A stretch of 64,000 bases of DNA, taken from assembly GCA_965223905.1 (NCBI GenBank), contig CBDCXV010000011.1, positions 800,001 to 864,000 of the forward strand, in the 5' to 3' direction. Under the pieces are notes generated by a model. That model made no database searches, had not been told where the DNA came from, and was given only the letters and a program-made list of their open reading frames with translations. The position numbers and the translations under genes are program-made. Origin of the DNA: Candidatus Latescibacterota bacterium (GTDB lineage: Bacteria > Latescibacterota > UBA2968 > UBA8231). Position 1 is the first letter of the stretch. Every line of letters starts with the position of its first letter. Positions 46,156-56,254 of this stretch are shown piece by piece.

Positions 46156-46941
46156 CTAGTCTCCCGGTGCAGTTGCCAGCAGGCCGCCGTCGACGGCCAG
46201 CGATACCCCGGTTATGCAGGCCGCGGCGGGAGAGCAGAGAAAGGCGACAGCACGGCCGATATCCTCCGGAGTGCCGCGGCGGCGCAAGGGCACCGAAGAG
46301 AACAGGTGCTCATCGATGCTGCCCCGTTCCGGCGGGGGCGTGCCGATCACGTGGTCCGTGTCCATGTGGCCGGGCATGATGGCGTTGCAGCGGATGCCGT
46401 GCTCCCCGAGGTCGACAGCCATGCTCTCGGTCAGGCGCAGGACGCCGGCCTTGGCGGCGCCGTAGGCGGTATCCCCTTTCCAGGCGCGCTCCCCGTGAAC
46501 GGAGGAGGTGCTGACGATGCAGCCCCCGTCCCCCTGCACCACCATGGCCCGAACCGCCTGCTGGCTGCACAGGAAGAATCCCTTCAGGCCGATATCGAGA
46601 TTGGCATCCCAGTTCTCCTCGGTGAGCTCGAGAAACGGCTGTCCGGTACCGCCGTAGGGGTTGTTCACCAGTATGTCGATGCGGCCGAAGCGTTCGAGGA
46701 ATGCGGCGAACATGCTCTCGACCCGGGCGCTGTCGGAGATGTCGCCGGCAAAGAACGCGGCTTTGCGGCCCCGCTCGCCGATCAGGCGCAGGGTCTCCAG
46801 GGCGTTGGCGTCTTCTTCGAGGTCGTTTATTCCGACATCGCAGCCCGCCTCCGCCAGAGACAGGGCGATCCCTCTGCCGATGCGGCGCCGGCCGCCGGTC
46901 ACGAGTGCTTTCTTTCCTTCCAGGGAATGTGGATCTGGCAT
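46156..46941 (-). CDS. Short-chain dehydrogenase/reductase
   Basis: Motifs TGGRRRIG, ILVNN, YGAAKAG, NAIMPG and VDGG. Confidence 0.9.
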   Translation of the reverse strand: MPDPHSLEGKKALVTGGRRRIGRGIALSLAEAGCDVGINDLEEDANALETLRLIGERGRKAAFFAGDISDSARVESMFAAFLERFGRIDILVNNPYGGTGQPFLELTEENWDANLDIGLKGFFLCSQQAVRAMVVQGDGGCIVSTSSVHGERAWKGDTAYGAAKAGVLRLTESMAVDLGEHGIRCNAIMPGHMDTDHVIGTPPPERGSIDEHLFSSVPLRRRGTPEDIGRAVAFLCSPAAACITGVSLAVDGGLLATAPGD

Positions 46942-47054
46942 CGTATGCTCCTTCGGTTTGGTGGCGCAGAGCGCAATTTCGCTATTTTCAGATGCTGCCT
47001 TCCAACAAATACTGGCTGCCATTTCCCAAAGTTCACAGAAACGCCGGAGCCAAA

Positions 47055-47924
47055 ATGAGAACCACCGACGAACAGATCGAGTTCTTCAAGGAAGAAGGGT
47101 ACGTCGTTGTCGAAGGGGGACTTACCGACGCCGATCTCGAACCCCTCATCCAGGACCACAACGCCATCGTCGACGGGATCGCCCGCGATCTCCAGGAACG
47201 CGGAGAGATCGACGATCTCCACGAGGACGAGCCATTCGAAACCCGACTCGCCCGGCTTGCCGAGGACTGCAATAAAGTCGACGGCTGTCCCGATATCGGC
47301 GTCACTCGCCGCCGCGCTACCTTCGAGTTCCTGCGCAACGAGAACCTCGTCGATCTCATCGAGCCCTTCATCGGTCCCGAAATCAGCTGCAACGCGGTTT
47401 CCCACGTGCGCCCGAAGATGCCGTCGACGGACGTCATCTTTCACCAGGACGCCGTATTCACCACCCGGGAAGCCGCCGGCATCCTGCAGGTGACGGTCTG
47501 GGTGCCGCTGGTCGACGCCACCGAGGATAACGGCTGCCTCCAGGTTCTGCCCCGGGTGCACCGCAACCGCATGGTATACTGGACCTACCACCGCGACCTT
47601 CCCGACGTCGATAAGGCGACGCTGCCGATGAAGAAGGGGGACGTGCTGTTCGTGCACAAGCTGACCCCGCACGGCTCCGGCCCCAACAACACCGACGGCG
47701 TGCGCTGGAGCATGGATCTGCGCTACCAGAAGACCGGGGAGCCGTCACCGCGGCCGGAGTGGCCCAGCAGCGTGGTTCGCAGCCGTCGCGACCCGGGGTC
47801 GGAAACCCGGTACGAGGACTGGCGCGACCAGTGGGCCGCGGCCCTCGAAAAGACTCCGAAGCAGATCCACTACGACCGGCCTTCGCAACCCCTGCCTTTT
47901 TCCGGGGAGATGTATTTCGCTTAG
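47055..47924 (+). CDS. Phytanoyl-CoA dioxygenase (PhyH) family Fe/2OG enzyme
   Basis: Motifs FFKEEGYVV, HQD, VWVPLVDATEDNGCL and HGSGPN...RWSMDLRY. Confidence 0.9.
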   Translation: MRTTDEQIEFFKEEGYVVVEGGLTDADLEPLIQDHNAIVDGIARDLQERGEIDDLHEDEPFETRLARLAEDCNKVDGCPDIGVTRRRATFEFLRNENLVDLIEPFIGPEISCNAVSHVRPKMPSTDVIFHQDAVFTTREAAGILQVTVWVPLVDATEDNGCLQVLPRVHRNRMVYWTYHRDLPDVDKATLPMKKGDVLFVHKLTPHGSGPNNTDGVRWSMDLRYQKTGEPSPRPEWPSSVVRSRRDPGSETRYEDWRDQWAAALEKTPKQIHYDRPSQPLPFSGEMYFA

Positions 47925-48161
47925 CGGGGGAGAGTTCATGCGGACGGTTACCTCCCCGGCGGCCTGCCTGGAAGCGGATCGCCATGGTCTTCCCTTGCCC
48001 GGCCCGACCACCTCGCCTCCCGGTCCCCTTTCTCCCTGAATTGACGAAGGCTGCCGAGGTTTCCGGGCGGTCCGTATTGGCCGGATGCGGATTGCAGCCG
48101 TAGCAGATTCCCGGTCACAAGCCGTAGCAGAAGTCCCTGAATCCCTGCGGATCGCCTCGTT

Positions 48162-49364
48162 GTGAAGAAATCCACCCTCGTCATCCTGATCAGCGCGGTC
48201 ACCGTCGCCATCTCCATGGGAGCCCGCCAGTCCTTCGGCCTGTTCCTGCAGCCGGTGACCGAATCCCTGTCGACGGGCCGGGAGACCTTCAGCCTCGCCA
48301 TGGCACTGCAGAACATCCTGTTCGGGCTGCCGATCGCCGGAATGCTCGCCGACCGCATCGGTCCGCGCCGGGTAGTGGCCTCCGGCGCTCTGCTGTACGC
48401 CGCCGGCTTCGGCCTCCTCGCCGTCGCTACCGCCCCCTGGCTCACCTTCCTCTCCCTCGGGGTCCTGGTCGGTTTCGCTCTCAGCGCCACGTCCTACGTC
48501 GTCCTTCTCGGCGCCGTGGGCCGGGTGGTGCCGGCCGAAAAGAGGGCAACCTCCTTCGGCATGGTAACCGCGGCCGGTTCCTTCGGGACCTTTGCCGTCG
48601 TCCCGCTGATCCAGTGGCTGATCGACACCGTATCGTGGCAGGCGACTCTGCTGTACGGCGCCGCCGTGGTCGCTGCCATCGCCTTCTTCGCGCTCGGATT
48701 CCCGCCGGCATCGCAAGCCGAGGGTCCCCGCACCTCCGACCTCGAGGACGACTTCTCCCGCCTGCTGTCACAGGCGGGCAGGCATTCGGGCTACCTGCTG
48801 CTGAACGCCGGCTTCTTCGTCTGCGGTTTTCACGTCGCTTTCATTGCCACCCACCTGCCGGCTTTCCTCGGCGATCACGGGCTCCCCGAGATGGTCGCGG
48901 CCGCGGCCCTCTCCCTGATCGGGCTGTTCAACATGGGGGGATCCTATCTCTTCGGCCGGCTCGGAGATCGCTACCGCAAGAAATACCTTCTCAGCTTCCT
49001 CTACTTCGCCCGGGCCCTGGTCATCAGCGGCTTCCTGATGGTGCCCGTCACCACGGCGACCGCCCTCATCTTCGCCTGCGCCATCGGCTTCCTGTGGCTG
49101 GCGACGGTGCCGCTGACCAGCGGTACTGTCGCCCAGATTTTCGGACCAGCCAGGCTCTCGTCGCTCTACGGGATCGTCTTCTTCAGCCACCAGGTCGGGG
49201 GATTCCTCGGGGTCTGGCTCGGGGGCCGCATCTACGATGCCACCGGGTCGTACGATGCTGTCTGGGTCGGGGCCATCGTTCTCGGAGTCGCGGCGGCGAT
49301 CGTCCACCTGCCGATCAGGGACCGGGCTCTGGGCAGCCTGCCGGCTGCGCCTGCATCGGCATGA
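48162..49364 (+). CDS. MFS transporter
   Basis: About 12 transmembrane helices; motifs RQSFGLF, GMLADRIGPR, FFVCGFHVAFIATHLP and FFSHQVG. Confidence 0.92.
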   Translation: MKKSTLVILISAVTVAISMGARQSFGLFLQPVTESLSTGRETFSLAMALQNILFGLPIAGMLADRIGPRRVVASGALLYAAGFGLLAVATAPWLTFLSLGVLVGFALSATSYVVLLGAVGRVVPAEKRATSFGMVTAAGSFGTFAVVPLIQWLIDTVSWQATLLYGAAVVAAIAFFALGFPPASQAEGPRTSDLEDDFSRLLSQAGRHSGYLLLNAGFFVCGFHVAFIATHLPAFLGDHGLPEMVAAAALSLIGLFNMGGSYLFGRLGDRYRKKYLLSFLYFARALVISGFLMVPVTTATALIFACAIGFLWLATVPLTSGTVAQIFGPARLSSLYGIVFFSHQVGGFLGVWLGGRIYDATGSYDAVWVGAIVLGVAAAIVHLPIRDRALGSLPAAPASA

Positions 49365-49456
49365 CGGGCGTGCCCGGAAGTGCTTATCCTTTGAATTGGA
49401 TTGAACAAAAAAGAAGCGACCGCCAGATACCTATCGCCTGGGGGATGGAGAAGGAG

Positions 49457-49735
49457 ATGCCGGAGCGCAGACAGAAAGTGATGATTCTTTACTTGTCCTA
49501 CTCGGCGCTCGACAGCCCGGTCAAGGGATGGACCTTCTACGACGGGACCGGGAAAGAGCACCACACCACCGGCGACAGCAGCGAACCGCCGTACGAAACC
49601 GGCCTCGACGCCCTGCTCGACGGGTGGAGGGTAATCCAGTTCCCTCAACTGATCCCTCCCTACCCCGACACCGAGTACACCACTTCGTTCCAAAAGAACG
49701 AGTTCATCTTCGAGAAACTGGAGGAGATCGACTGA
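49457..49735 (+). CDS. Small hypothetical protein (92 aa) coupled to a PhyH gene
   Basis: AAGGAG RBS; MPERRQKVMILYL...GWTFYDGTG...PPYETGLDALLDGWRVIQFP...EFIFEKL; TGATG overlap with the next gene. Confidence 0.75.
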   Translation: MPERRQKVMILYLSYSALDSPVKGWTFYDGTGKEHHTTGDSSEPPYETGLDALLDGWRVIQFPQLIPPYPDTEYTTSFQKNEFIFEKLEEID

Positions 49736-50601
49736 TGGTCGACAAACAGTACCTGCTCAACTCGAGCCAGATGGCCGAATTCGTGGCCCGCGGCGTGCTT
49801 CAGTTCGACGAGATCGTACCCGAGGAGATCAACCGGGCGGTGATCGCCGAGATCGACGGCGGCGGCATTACCAGCCAGCCTGCTGGCACGCCGTTGTCCA
49901 AATGCTACCCCGACCCTTCTCCTGTCGGGGAGATGCTGAGGATGCCGGAAATACACGGAATCATCCAGAGCCTCGTCGGGGCCGATCCCCTGTTCGACCA
50001 TCAGGCCGTTCACGTCCGCCAACCGAACGAAGGCAAGGCCCAGGGGCTGCACGGCGACTCGATCATCGACATGCGAATGCACTTCGACATCCAGCTGATG
50101 TACTTCCCCCACGACGTGCCCCTGGAAATGGGCGGCACCATGCTGCTTCCGGGAAGCCACTTTCGCCGCGTCAACGAGCTCGACGTCGGCCGCTACCAGA
50201 ACTTCCTCGGGCAGCTGCCGATGGTGTGCAAGGCGGGCACCCTGGCGGTCGTCCACCACGGCATCTGGCACTGCGGGCGGCAGAACAAGACCGACCGCGT
50301 CCGCTACATGTTCAAGATCCGCCTGAACCCGACGGTGCGGCAGCTGCGGCTGTGGAACACCGGCGACCTGGACCAAGGGGGAGCGCCGGAGATCATCTAC
50401 GGCGGATCGAGCCACAGGGAGGACAGCATCCCGACGATCCTCAACCGGCAGGAGCCCTGGTTCGAGGCGGCCGACGGGCGCCTCGAGATCGTCAACAGGA
50501 TCAAGCTGTGGAGGTTTCTTACGGGCGACGGGAATTTCGACGCCCACTACTGGCTGACGAGGCTCGAGAACATGCCGGAGAACCTGTCGGAAGCGGCCTG
50601 A
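49735..50601 (+). CDS. PhyH-family Fe/2OG dioxygenase
   Basis: Motifs LHGDS, MYFPHD...GGT..LPGSH, HHGIWHCG and RYMFKIR. Confidence 0.88.
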   Translation: MVDKQYLLNSSQMAEFVARGVLQFDEIVPEEINRAVIAEIDGGGITSQPAGTPLSKCYPDPSPVGEMLRMPEIHGIIQSLVGADPLFDHQAVHVRQPNEGKAQGLHGDSIIDMRMHFDIQLMYFPHDVPLEMGGTMLLPGSHFRRVNELDVGRYQNFLGQLPMVCKAGTLAVVHHGIWHCGRQNKTDRVRYMFKIRLNPTVRQLRLWNTGDLDQGGAPEIIYGGSSHREDSIPTILNRQEPWFEAADGRLEIVNRIKLWRFLTGDGNFDAHYWLTRLENMPENLSEAA

Positions 50602-50691
50602 TCCCCCCATCTGTCAGTGGCTGCGGGCGCCATTCGGCGGCCATCCGGCGCCGCTGCCGCCCGGCATCCGCTGCCTCGTTTCAACCCGGAC

Positions 50692-51876
50692 TCAGGCGTT
50701 GAGGCTCTTGCTGGCGAGCCGATCATCTTCGGCCGCAAGCCACTCCCCGTAGTCCCTCGGCATGGGGCGGGGATCCTCGAGGCCGTGTTCCCGGCGCCAG
50801 CGCAGCAGCGGATGGCTCCGGTCTTCTTGAGGCAGCTCGATCCGGCGGCCGTACGCGGCCGACTCGAACAGCCCCATCATGATCTCCAGTACGTGCAGCC
50901 CTTCGGCACCGCTGCATTCGTGGTCACGCCCCTCGTCGAGGGCTGACACGTACTCTTCCACGAACCAGAAATCCTCGGTATCCGCGGGCCCCTCCGGGTC
51001 GAAGCCAGGAGGCAGCACCGGGGAAAGCTCCTCCCATTCACGACCGCCGGGGGTGTAGTAGGGTGTCGGCAGGTAGAGCGCGTTTCTCCGGTCCTTTCTG
51101 TACAGCAGGCTCTCCATCATCAGGCGGCCTTCGCTCCCGCAGATTTCGATCATCGGGGTAACCCTCTCCGGGTAGCGGTGGTGGAGCAAGGTCGCGGTAA
51201 CCCCGCGGTCGAATTCGAGGATGGCGCTCAGCCGTTCCCCGGCAATGACCCCCATGCCGAGAGGGGAGCGCAGCACGTCCTCGGGAGCGACCGGGCCTCC
51301 GCCCGTCATCGCCGTTGCGGATACGGCGCGGCAGTGCCCGGCCACCTTGAGCATCATGTTGATCATGTGGGTGCCGATGTTCATCAGCCCGAGACCGCCG
51401 TAGTACCCCTTGCCGTATCCGTGCAGGTGCTGCACTTCCCCGATCCGCCCTTCCGCGAAGGCGTTGGCGATTGCACGCATGAGGGCTCCGGTCCTGCCCT
51501 GGTGATGAACCGCGATTCGCACCCCTTTCTCCGCCGCCTTGGCGACAACCTCGTCGGCCTCTTCCAGGTCGACGCACAACGGTTTCTCGATATCTATGTC
51601 GACGCCGTGCTCGAGCACCCGCATGGCGAGGTCGTGGTGGAACTCCGTTCCCGTGGGGATGGCGACAATGTCGGGCGCAGTTTCCTCGATCATGGCGTCG
51701 AGGTCCTCGTAGCGGGGCTCGACACCCAGTTCCTCTCCCAGCTGATCGCGTCGTTCCGCCACCAGGTCGCAGAGGCCGACCAGCTCCGTTCGCGGATGCG
51801 CGAAGTAGGCCCGTGCTGCGGCTCCGCCCCTGCCGCGGCACCCGAGGATGGCGACTCGGTAATTTCCTTCCCTCAT
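50692..51876 (-). CDS. Gfo/Idh/MocA-family oxidoreductase
   Basis: Motifs VAILGCRGRG, EKP and IGTHMIN. Confidence 0.88.
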   Translation of the reverse strand: MREGNYRVAILGCRGRGGAAARAYFAHPRTELVGLCDLVAERRDQLGEELGVEPRYEDLDAMIEETAPDIVAIPTGTEFHHDLAMRVLEHGVDIDIEKPLCVDLEEADEVVAKAAEKGVRIAVHHQGRTGALMRAIANAFAEGRIGEVQHLHGYGKGYYGGLGLMNIGTHMINMMLKVAGHCRAVSATAMTGGGPVAPEDVLRSPLGMGVIAGERLSAILEFDRGVTATLLHHRYPERVTPMIEICGSEGRLMMESLLYRKDRRNALYLPTPYYTPGGREWEELSPVLPPGFDPEGPADTEDFWFVEEYVSALDEGRDHECSGAEGLHVLEIMMGLFESAAYGRRIELPQEDRSHPLLRWRREHGLEDPRPMPRDYGEWLAAEDDRLASKSLNA

Positions 51877-52116
51877 CTCCCTTTACCTCCTGGCTCGTGT
51901 TTGTGTGGATGGAACCTGAAAAATGTGCACCTGTGGCCGCAACCCATCATGCCCGGCATCATGTACCTGGCATCAGGAAATACCGGAGCCAACCCAGGTT
52001 GCGAGCCGGCCCCTTCCCCCTTGGGCTCGCGGGGGGTTCTGCCCTCGGCGTTGGTCGCAGGGGACGAATTCCCGTAGGTTGCCGGATGACCGAATACCCG
52101 AAACGGAGGATTCAGG

Positions 52117-53130
52117 ATGGCCTGCTACATATACGTCTCCATCATGGATGAGAACCGGGTCGACGTCTACTCCATGGACGGTGAAACCGGAGCACTCGAC
52201 CTGGCCCACCAGACCCCTGTGAGCGGTGGACCTGCCGCCATCGCCATCGCACCGGCAGGGCGGTTCCTCTACGTGGTGCAGCGCAGGGCCAGTCAGTTCG
52301 CGAGCTTTTCTATCGATCCGTGCAGCGGATCGCTGAAGCACCTCGGAACCATCGCCGAAGAGTCGGATTCCGTGTACGCGATTTCCGACGCCACCGGCAG
52401 GTTCATACTCACCTCGAGCAACGGTGGCGCCCGTGCGAGCAGCTATCGCGTCGGAGAAGACGGGGCCCTGATCGCCCCCTCGGCATGTACGGTCCATTCG
52501 ATTCGTGGAGCGCATTCGGTCCAGGTACATCCCAGCAACCGGTACGTGTACGTGCCCCACTGCATAACCCAGAACGCCATCTTCCAGTACACATACGACG
52601 GCGAGACCGGCGAGATCGCGCTGCAGGATCTCGGCGTCCTCGTCCCACCGGCGAGGACCGGCCCGCGGCACATCCGCTTCCATCCCCGTCTCGAGGTGAC
52701 GTACACGACCGATGAGCAGGGAAACAGCATTTCGGCGTACCGAGTTGCCGAGGACGGCCGCCTGTCGCCGCCCTTCCAGACGGTTCCGACCTTGCCCGCC
52801 GATTTCGACCCTGGCGGAAACTCCACCTCGCAGCTGCGCGTTCACCCTTCGGGGAAGTTCCTCTACGCCCCCAACCGCGGGCACGATTCGGTTGCCTGCT
52901 TCGCCATCGATCCGGCTTCCGGGGAGCTCACCCTCATCGGTCGCGTCCCGACCGAGCCCCACGTGCGCGGGTTCGACATCGACCCGCAAGGGAAGTTCGT
53001 CTTCGCCGCGGGCGTCGACAGCGGCAGGATGTCGGCGTATGAAATCGACCGCAGGTCGGGGGAGCTCGCTTTCCTCGACAGCTACAAGGTGGGAGAGAAT
53101 CCGATGTGGGTTCTTGCCTCGGAGCTGTAG
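52117..53130 (+). CDS. pgl: Lactonase, 7-bladed beta-propeller (6-phosphogluconolactonase-like)
   Basis: Motifs AHSVQVHP, GPRHIRFHP, FLYAPNRGHDS, RGFDIDP and GENPMWV. Confidence 0.85.
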   Translation: MACYIYVSIMDENRVDVYSMDGETGALDLAHQTPVSGGPAAIAIAPAGRFLYVVQRRASQFASFSIDPCSGSLKHLGTIAEESDSVYAISDATGRFILTSSNGGARASSYRVGEDGALIAPSACTVHSIRGAHSVQVHPSNRYVYVPHCITQNAIFQYTYDGETGEIALQDLGVLVPPARTGPRHIRFHPRLEVTYTTDEQGNSISAYRVAEDGRLSPPFQTVPTLPADFDPGGNSTSQLRVHPSGKFLYAPNRGHDSVACFAIDPASGELTLIGRVPTEPHVRGFDIDPQGKFVFAAGVDSGRMSAYEIDRRSGELAFLDSYKVGENPMWVLASEL

Positions 53131-53238
53131 CTTGGGGAGGCGAATCCCTGAAGAGGGAGGAACGCGCCTTCCAGGTGGATCCGCCTTGACCGCACCTGCG
53201 GCAACCCCTTTTTGTTCGGCCAGAAGGGCACCCCACAG

Positions 53239-54270
53239 ATGACGACCTCATCCGATCCACTCCCCGGCATGGAAAGAGGGACCACCCTCCACCGGTTCAT
53301 AACCGAAGAGCAGCGCCGGTTCCCGGAGGCCAGGGGAGGGTTCTCCGAGTTGTTGCTGGCCTTGGCCATAGCCGGAAAACTGATCGCCAGGGAGGTCAAC
53401 AAGGCAGGGCTGGCGCAGGTGATGGGCCTGACCGGGCGCGTCAACGTCCACGGCGAGGAAGTCCAGCACATGGACGAGTTCGCCAATTCCACGATAATCC
53501 ATGCCACCGACCACACGGGCCACCTGGCCGGCATGGCCTCCGAGGAGATGGACGACGTCTACACCATCCCGGCCAGGCATCCAAGCGGCGATTACCTCCT
53601 CGTCTTCGATCCCGTGGACGGCTCCTCCAACATCGACGTCAACGTCAGCATCGGGACGATATTCTCCATCTACCGCCACATGCGCAAAGGGAGAAGGCGG
53701 CGCCCCACCGAAAGGGACTTCCTCATGCGGGGTACCGACCAGGTGTGCGCCGGCTACATCATCTACGGTTCGAGCACGATGCTCGTCTACACGACCGGGC
53801 GGGGAACCCACGGATTCACCCTCGACCCGACCCTCGGCGAGTTCCTGCTCTCCCACCAGAAAATTCGCATCCCCTCGCGCGGCAGGATCTACAGCGTCAA
53901 CGAGGGGAACGCCGACAAGTGGTTTCCCGGGGTCCGCAACTACGTCAACAGCCTCAAGGCGAACGACAAGTCCAGGGGCCGTCCCTATTCGGCGCGCTAC
54001 ATCGGCTCCCTGGTATCCGATTTCCATCGCAACCTGCTCAAGGGTGGCATCTTTCTCTATCCGGGGGATCGCGAATCGGAAAGCGGCAAGCTGCGGCTGC
54101 TCTACGAGGCGGCTCCCCTCGCTTTCGTCGTCGAGCAGGCCGGTGGACGCGCCTCGACAGGAAGCACGCGCATACTCGATCTCGTCCCGGAAAGCCTCCA
54201 TCAGCGTACTCCCCTGATAATCGGCAGCGCCGACGACGTAGCCGAAGCAGAGTCCTGCATGCAGGCTTAG
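53239..54270 (+). CDS. fbp: Class 1 fructose-1,6-bisphosphatase
   Basis: Motifs ASEE, DPVDGSSNIDVNVSIGTIFSIY, ARYIGSLVSDFHR and KLRLLYEA. Confidence 0.96.
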   Translation: MTTSSDPLPGMERGTTLHRFITEEQRRFPEARGGFSELLLALAIAGKLIAREVNKAGLAQVMGLTGRVNVHGEEVQHMDEFANSTIIHATDHTGHLAGMASEEMDDVYTIPARHPSGDYLLVFDPVDGSSNIDVNVSIGTIFSIYRHMRKGRRRRPTERDFLMRGTDQVCAGYIIYGSSTMLVYTTGRGTHGFTLDPTLGEFLLSHQKIRIPSRGRIYSVNEGNADKWFPGVRNYVNSLKANDKSRGRPYSARYIGSLVSDFHRNLLKGGIFLYPGDRESESGKLRLLYEAAPLAFVVEQAGGRASTGSTRILDLVPESLHQRTPLIIGSADDVAEAESCMQA

Positions 54271-54391
54271 CCAGCCCCGAGATCGGGACTGGTTCGATTC
54301 TGCGACATTTCCTGCCACTGCGTTGAAGCGATCGGCCCAGGTGCCAGGCCGGACAGCCGGCCGGCAGGAGATCCAAACAGGAGAAAGAAGA

Positions 54392-56198
54392 ATGCCAGAG
54401 ACCGAATACCGGCACCGCACCGACAGCGTCGAGGTGAAGTTGCGCCTCCTGGCGGCGGCGCACTCCAAAGGCAACCTCGATGTCGCCATGTCGCTGGCCG
54501 AGTCGATCAAGGAGACACTGACCTTCGAACGCCAGCGGCACCTGTCCGGCCATGGCAGCGGCGAAGCGGTCCCCTCCCCGGCTTCGAGCTTCGGGCGGGT
54601 GGCCGGGCTGCCGGACCCGTGGGCGGACTGGGCGCGCGGATGGGCCTTCTACAAGGTGCTGGAGGTCGCCGAGAGCGCCGGCCTGGGAAGATCGAGGGAG
54701 CCCGTCGAGACCGCCGTCGAGTTCGCTGCCGACCAGGTAACCGATCTGCGCCGCGAGCTTCGCGTCGCCAGGATCGATGACGAAAGCGGGACCCTGCGCG
54801 AGGTGCCGAGCCAGGTTTGTCGGGAAGTGTTCGCCGGCGAGGTGCGAAGCTGCCGGCTGCTGCTCCAGGTCGATCTGCCCGCAAACGGCCGCGGCCGGTA
54901 CCTGATTCTGTATGGCAACCGCGACGCCGAGTTGCCGGAGTATCCTACCGATCTGTCGGTCAGCGGCGAGGAGTTCGGCCTGAACATCGCCAGCAACCAC
55001 TTCACCGCCCACCTTTCCGCCCAGAACGGCCAACTGCAACGGCTGCAGTTCAGACGTGGCTTCGGGATCGTGCCGTACGGCGCCCCCCTGGAGCTGTACA
55101 CCGGGGGAGAAGGGCACGGCGAGCCGCCGGGTATCGACTGGGGCCATGATTACATGGGTTCCGGCAACTACCAGAAGTTCCGCGTAACCGGATGGTCCCG
55201 CTGCCCGAACTACGAGGTGATTCGCGGCCCCTTGTGCGTGCAGGTGCGCCGCTGGGGATTTCCTCGATCTCCCCTGCACCCGGTGTTTACGCCGAGCCGG
55301 CTGCACATTGACCTGACCTACACCTTTTTCGCCGGGGCTCCCCTGGTTCCTTAAGGAAAGCCGCATGGATGCACTGGCGCGCTTCGAGACCAACGTGGTG
55401 CGCGACGACGAGTGGCTGTTCTACGGACTGCCGTTCAGCGACTCCGTCTGGATGGACCGCGAGGGGATTCTGCACGAAGGGGAAGTGCCGGCTTCCCACG
55501 AGAACGACCAATGGGGCGTCGGGTTCTTCCGCCGCGAAAGCCGCGACGCTTTCATGGCCCTGTGGCTGGAGCATCGTTCGGAAAACTGCGGCCCCCTGGA
55601 CCACAGCGGTCCTCCCAATCTCAGCTACTACGGCCGCGGCCAGATCTGGTGCCGGGCCCCCATCCACGGCAGGACTGAGCTGCAGGAGGGGTCGGCGCTC
55701 TTCCAGAAGAACGCATACTTCGCCTCGCACTACCCCGAGGAGAACGGCCGCGAAATGGTGCAGGACCTGCGCCGTCGTCTACTAAACCCGCTTTCGGTTT
55801 CGGAAGGAGAGCTGCCCGAGGTGAAGGCGACCGCCAACGGAAGGTTGGGGCGCCCGGGCGAGACCGGCCTGACCCTTGCCGGCGCCGCCGACCTCGCGCT
55901 CAAACGCTCGGTATGGGAGGCCCTGCGCCAAGTCGAAGACGATCAGCTGATGGCGATCGACAGCAACGTGGTCGACATGGGGTACATCTACGATCTGCGG
56001 GTCGACGACGGAGTGGTCAGGGTCCTGATGACGATGCCGCACCGCGGCCGCCCGAAGTACCAGTTCATCGGCAACCCGATCCGCGACCGCGTGCTCGGAG
56101 TGGACGGGGTACGCCAGTGCATCGTCGACTTTACCTGGGAGCCGGAGTGGACCGCGGCTCGCCTCACCCGGACTGGGGCGCGGGCACTCGGCCTGTAA
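54392..56198 (+). pseudogene. Large hypothetical protein with C-terminal DUF59 (SufT/PaaD-like) domain; one frameshift
   Basis: Removing one C in the 55340-55343 run joins the two ORFs (...FAGAPWFLKESRMDAL...). C-terminus: VWEALRQVED...VVDMGYIYDL...FTWEPEWT. Confidence 0.7.
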
Positions 56199-56229
56199 AA
56201 AAACCCCGCCGAGCCTGGCTCGACGGGGT
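56197..56229 (-). terminator. Intrinsic terminator between convergent genes
   Basis: ACCCCGCCGAGC-ctg-GCTCGACGGGGT hairpin with A7 on its left (U-tract on the minus strand). Confidence 0.65.
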
Positions 56230-56254
56230 CGGTACTTCTGATGTGGCAGGCGCC

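Noticed and set aside
51945-51978. Short repeats CATCATG/GGCATCA
   Set aside because: Three 7-8 bp units with irregular spacing; too short for CRISPR or a confident operator.
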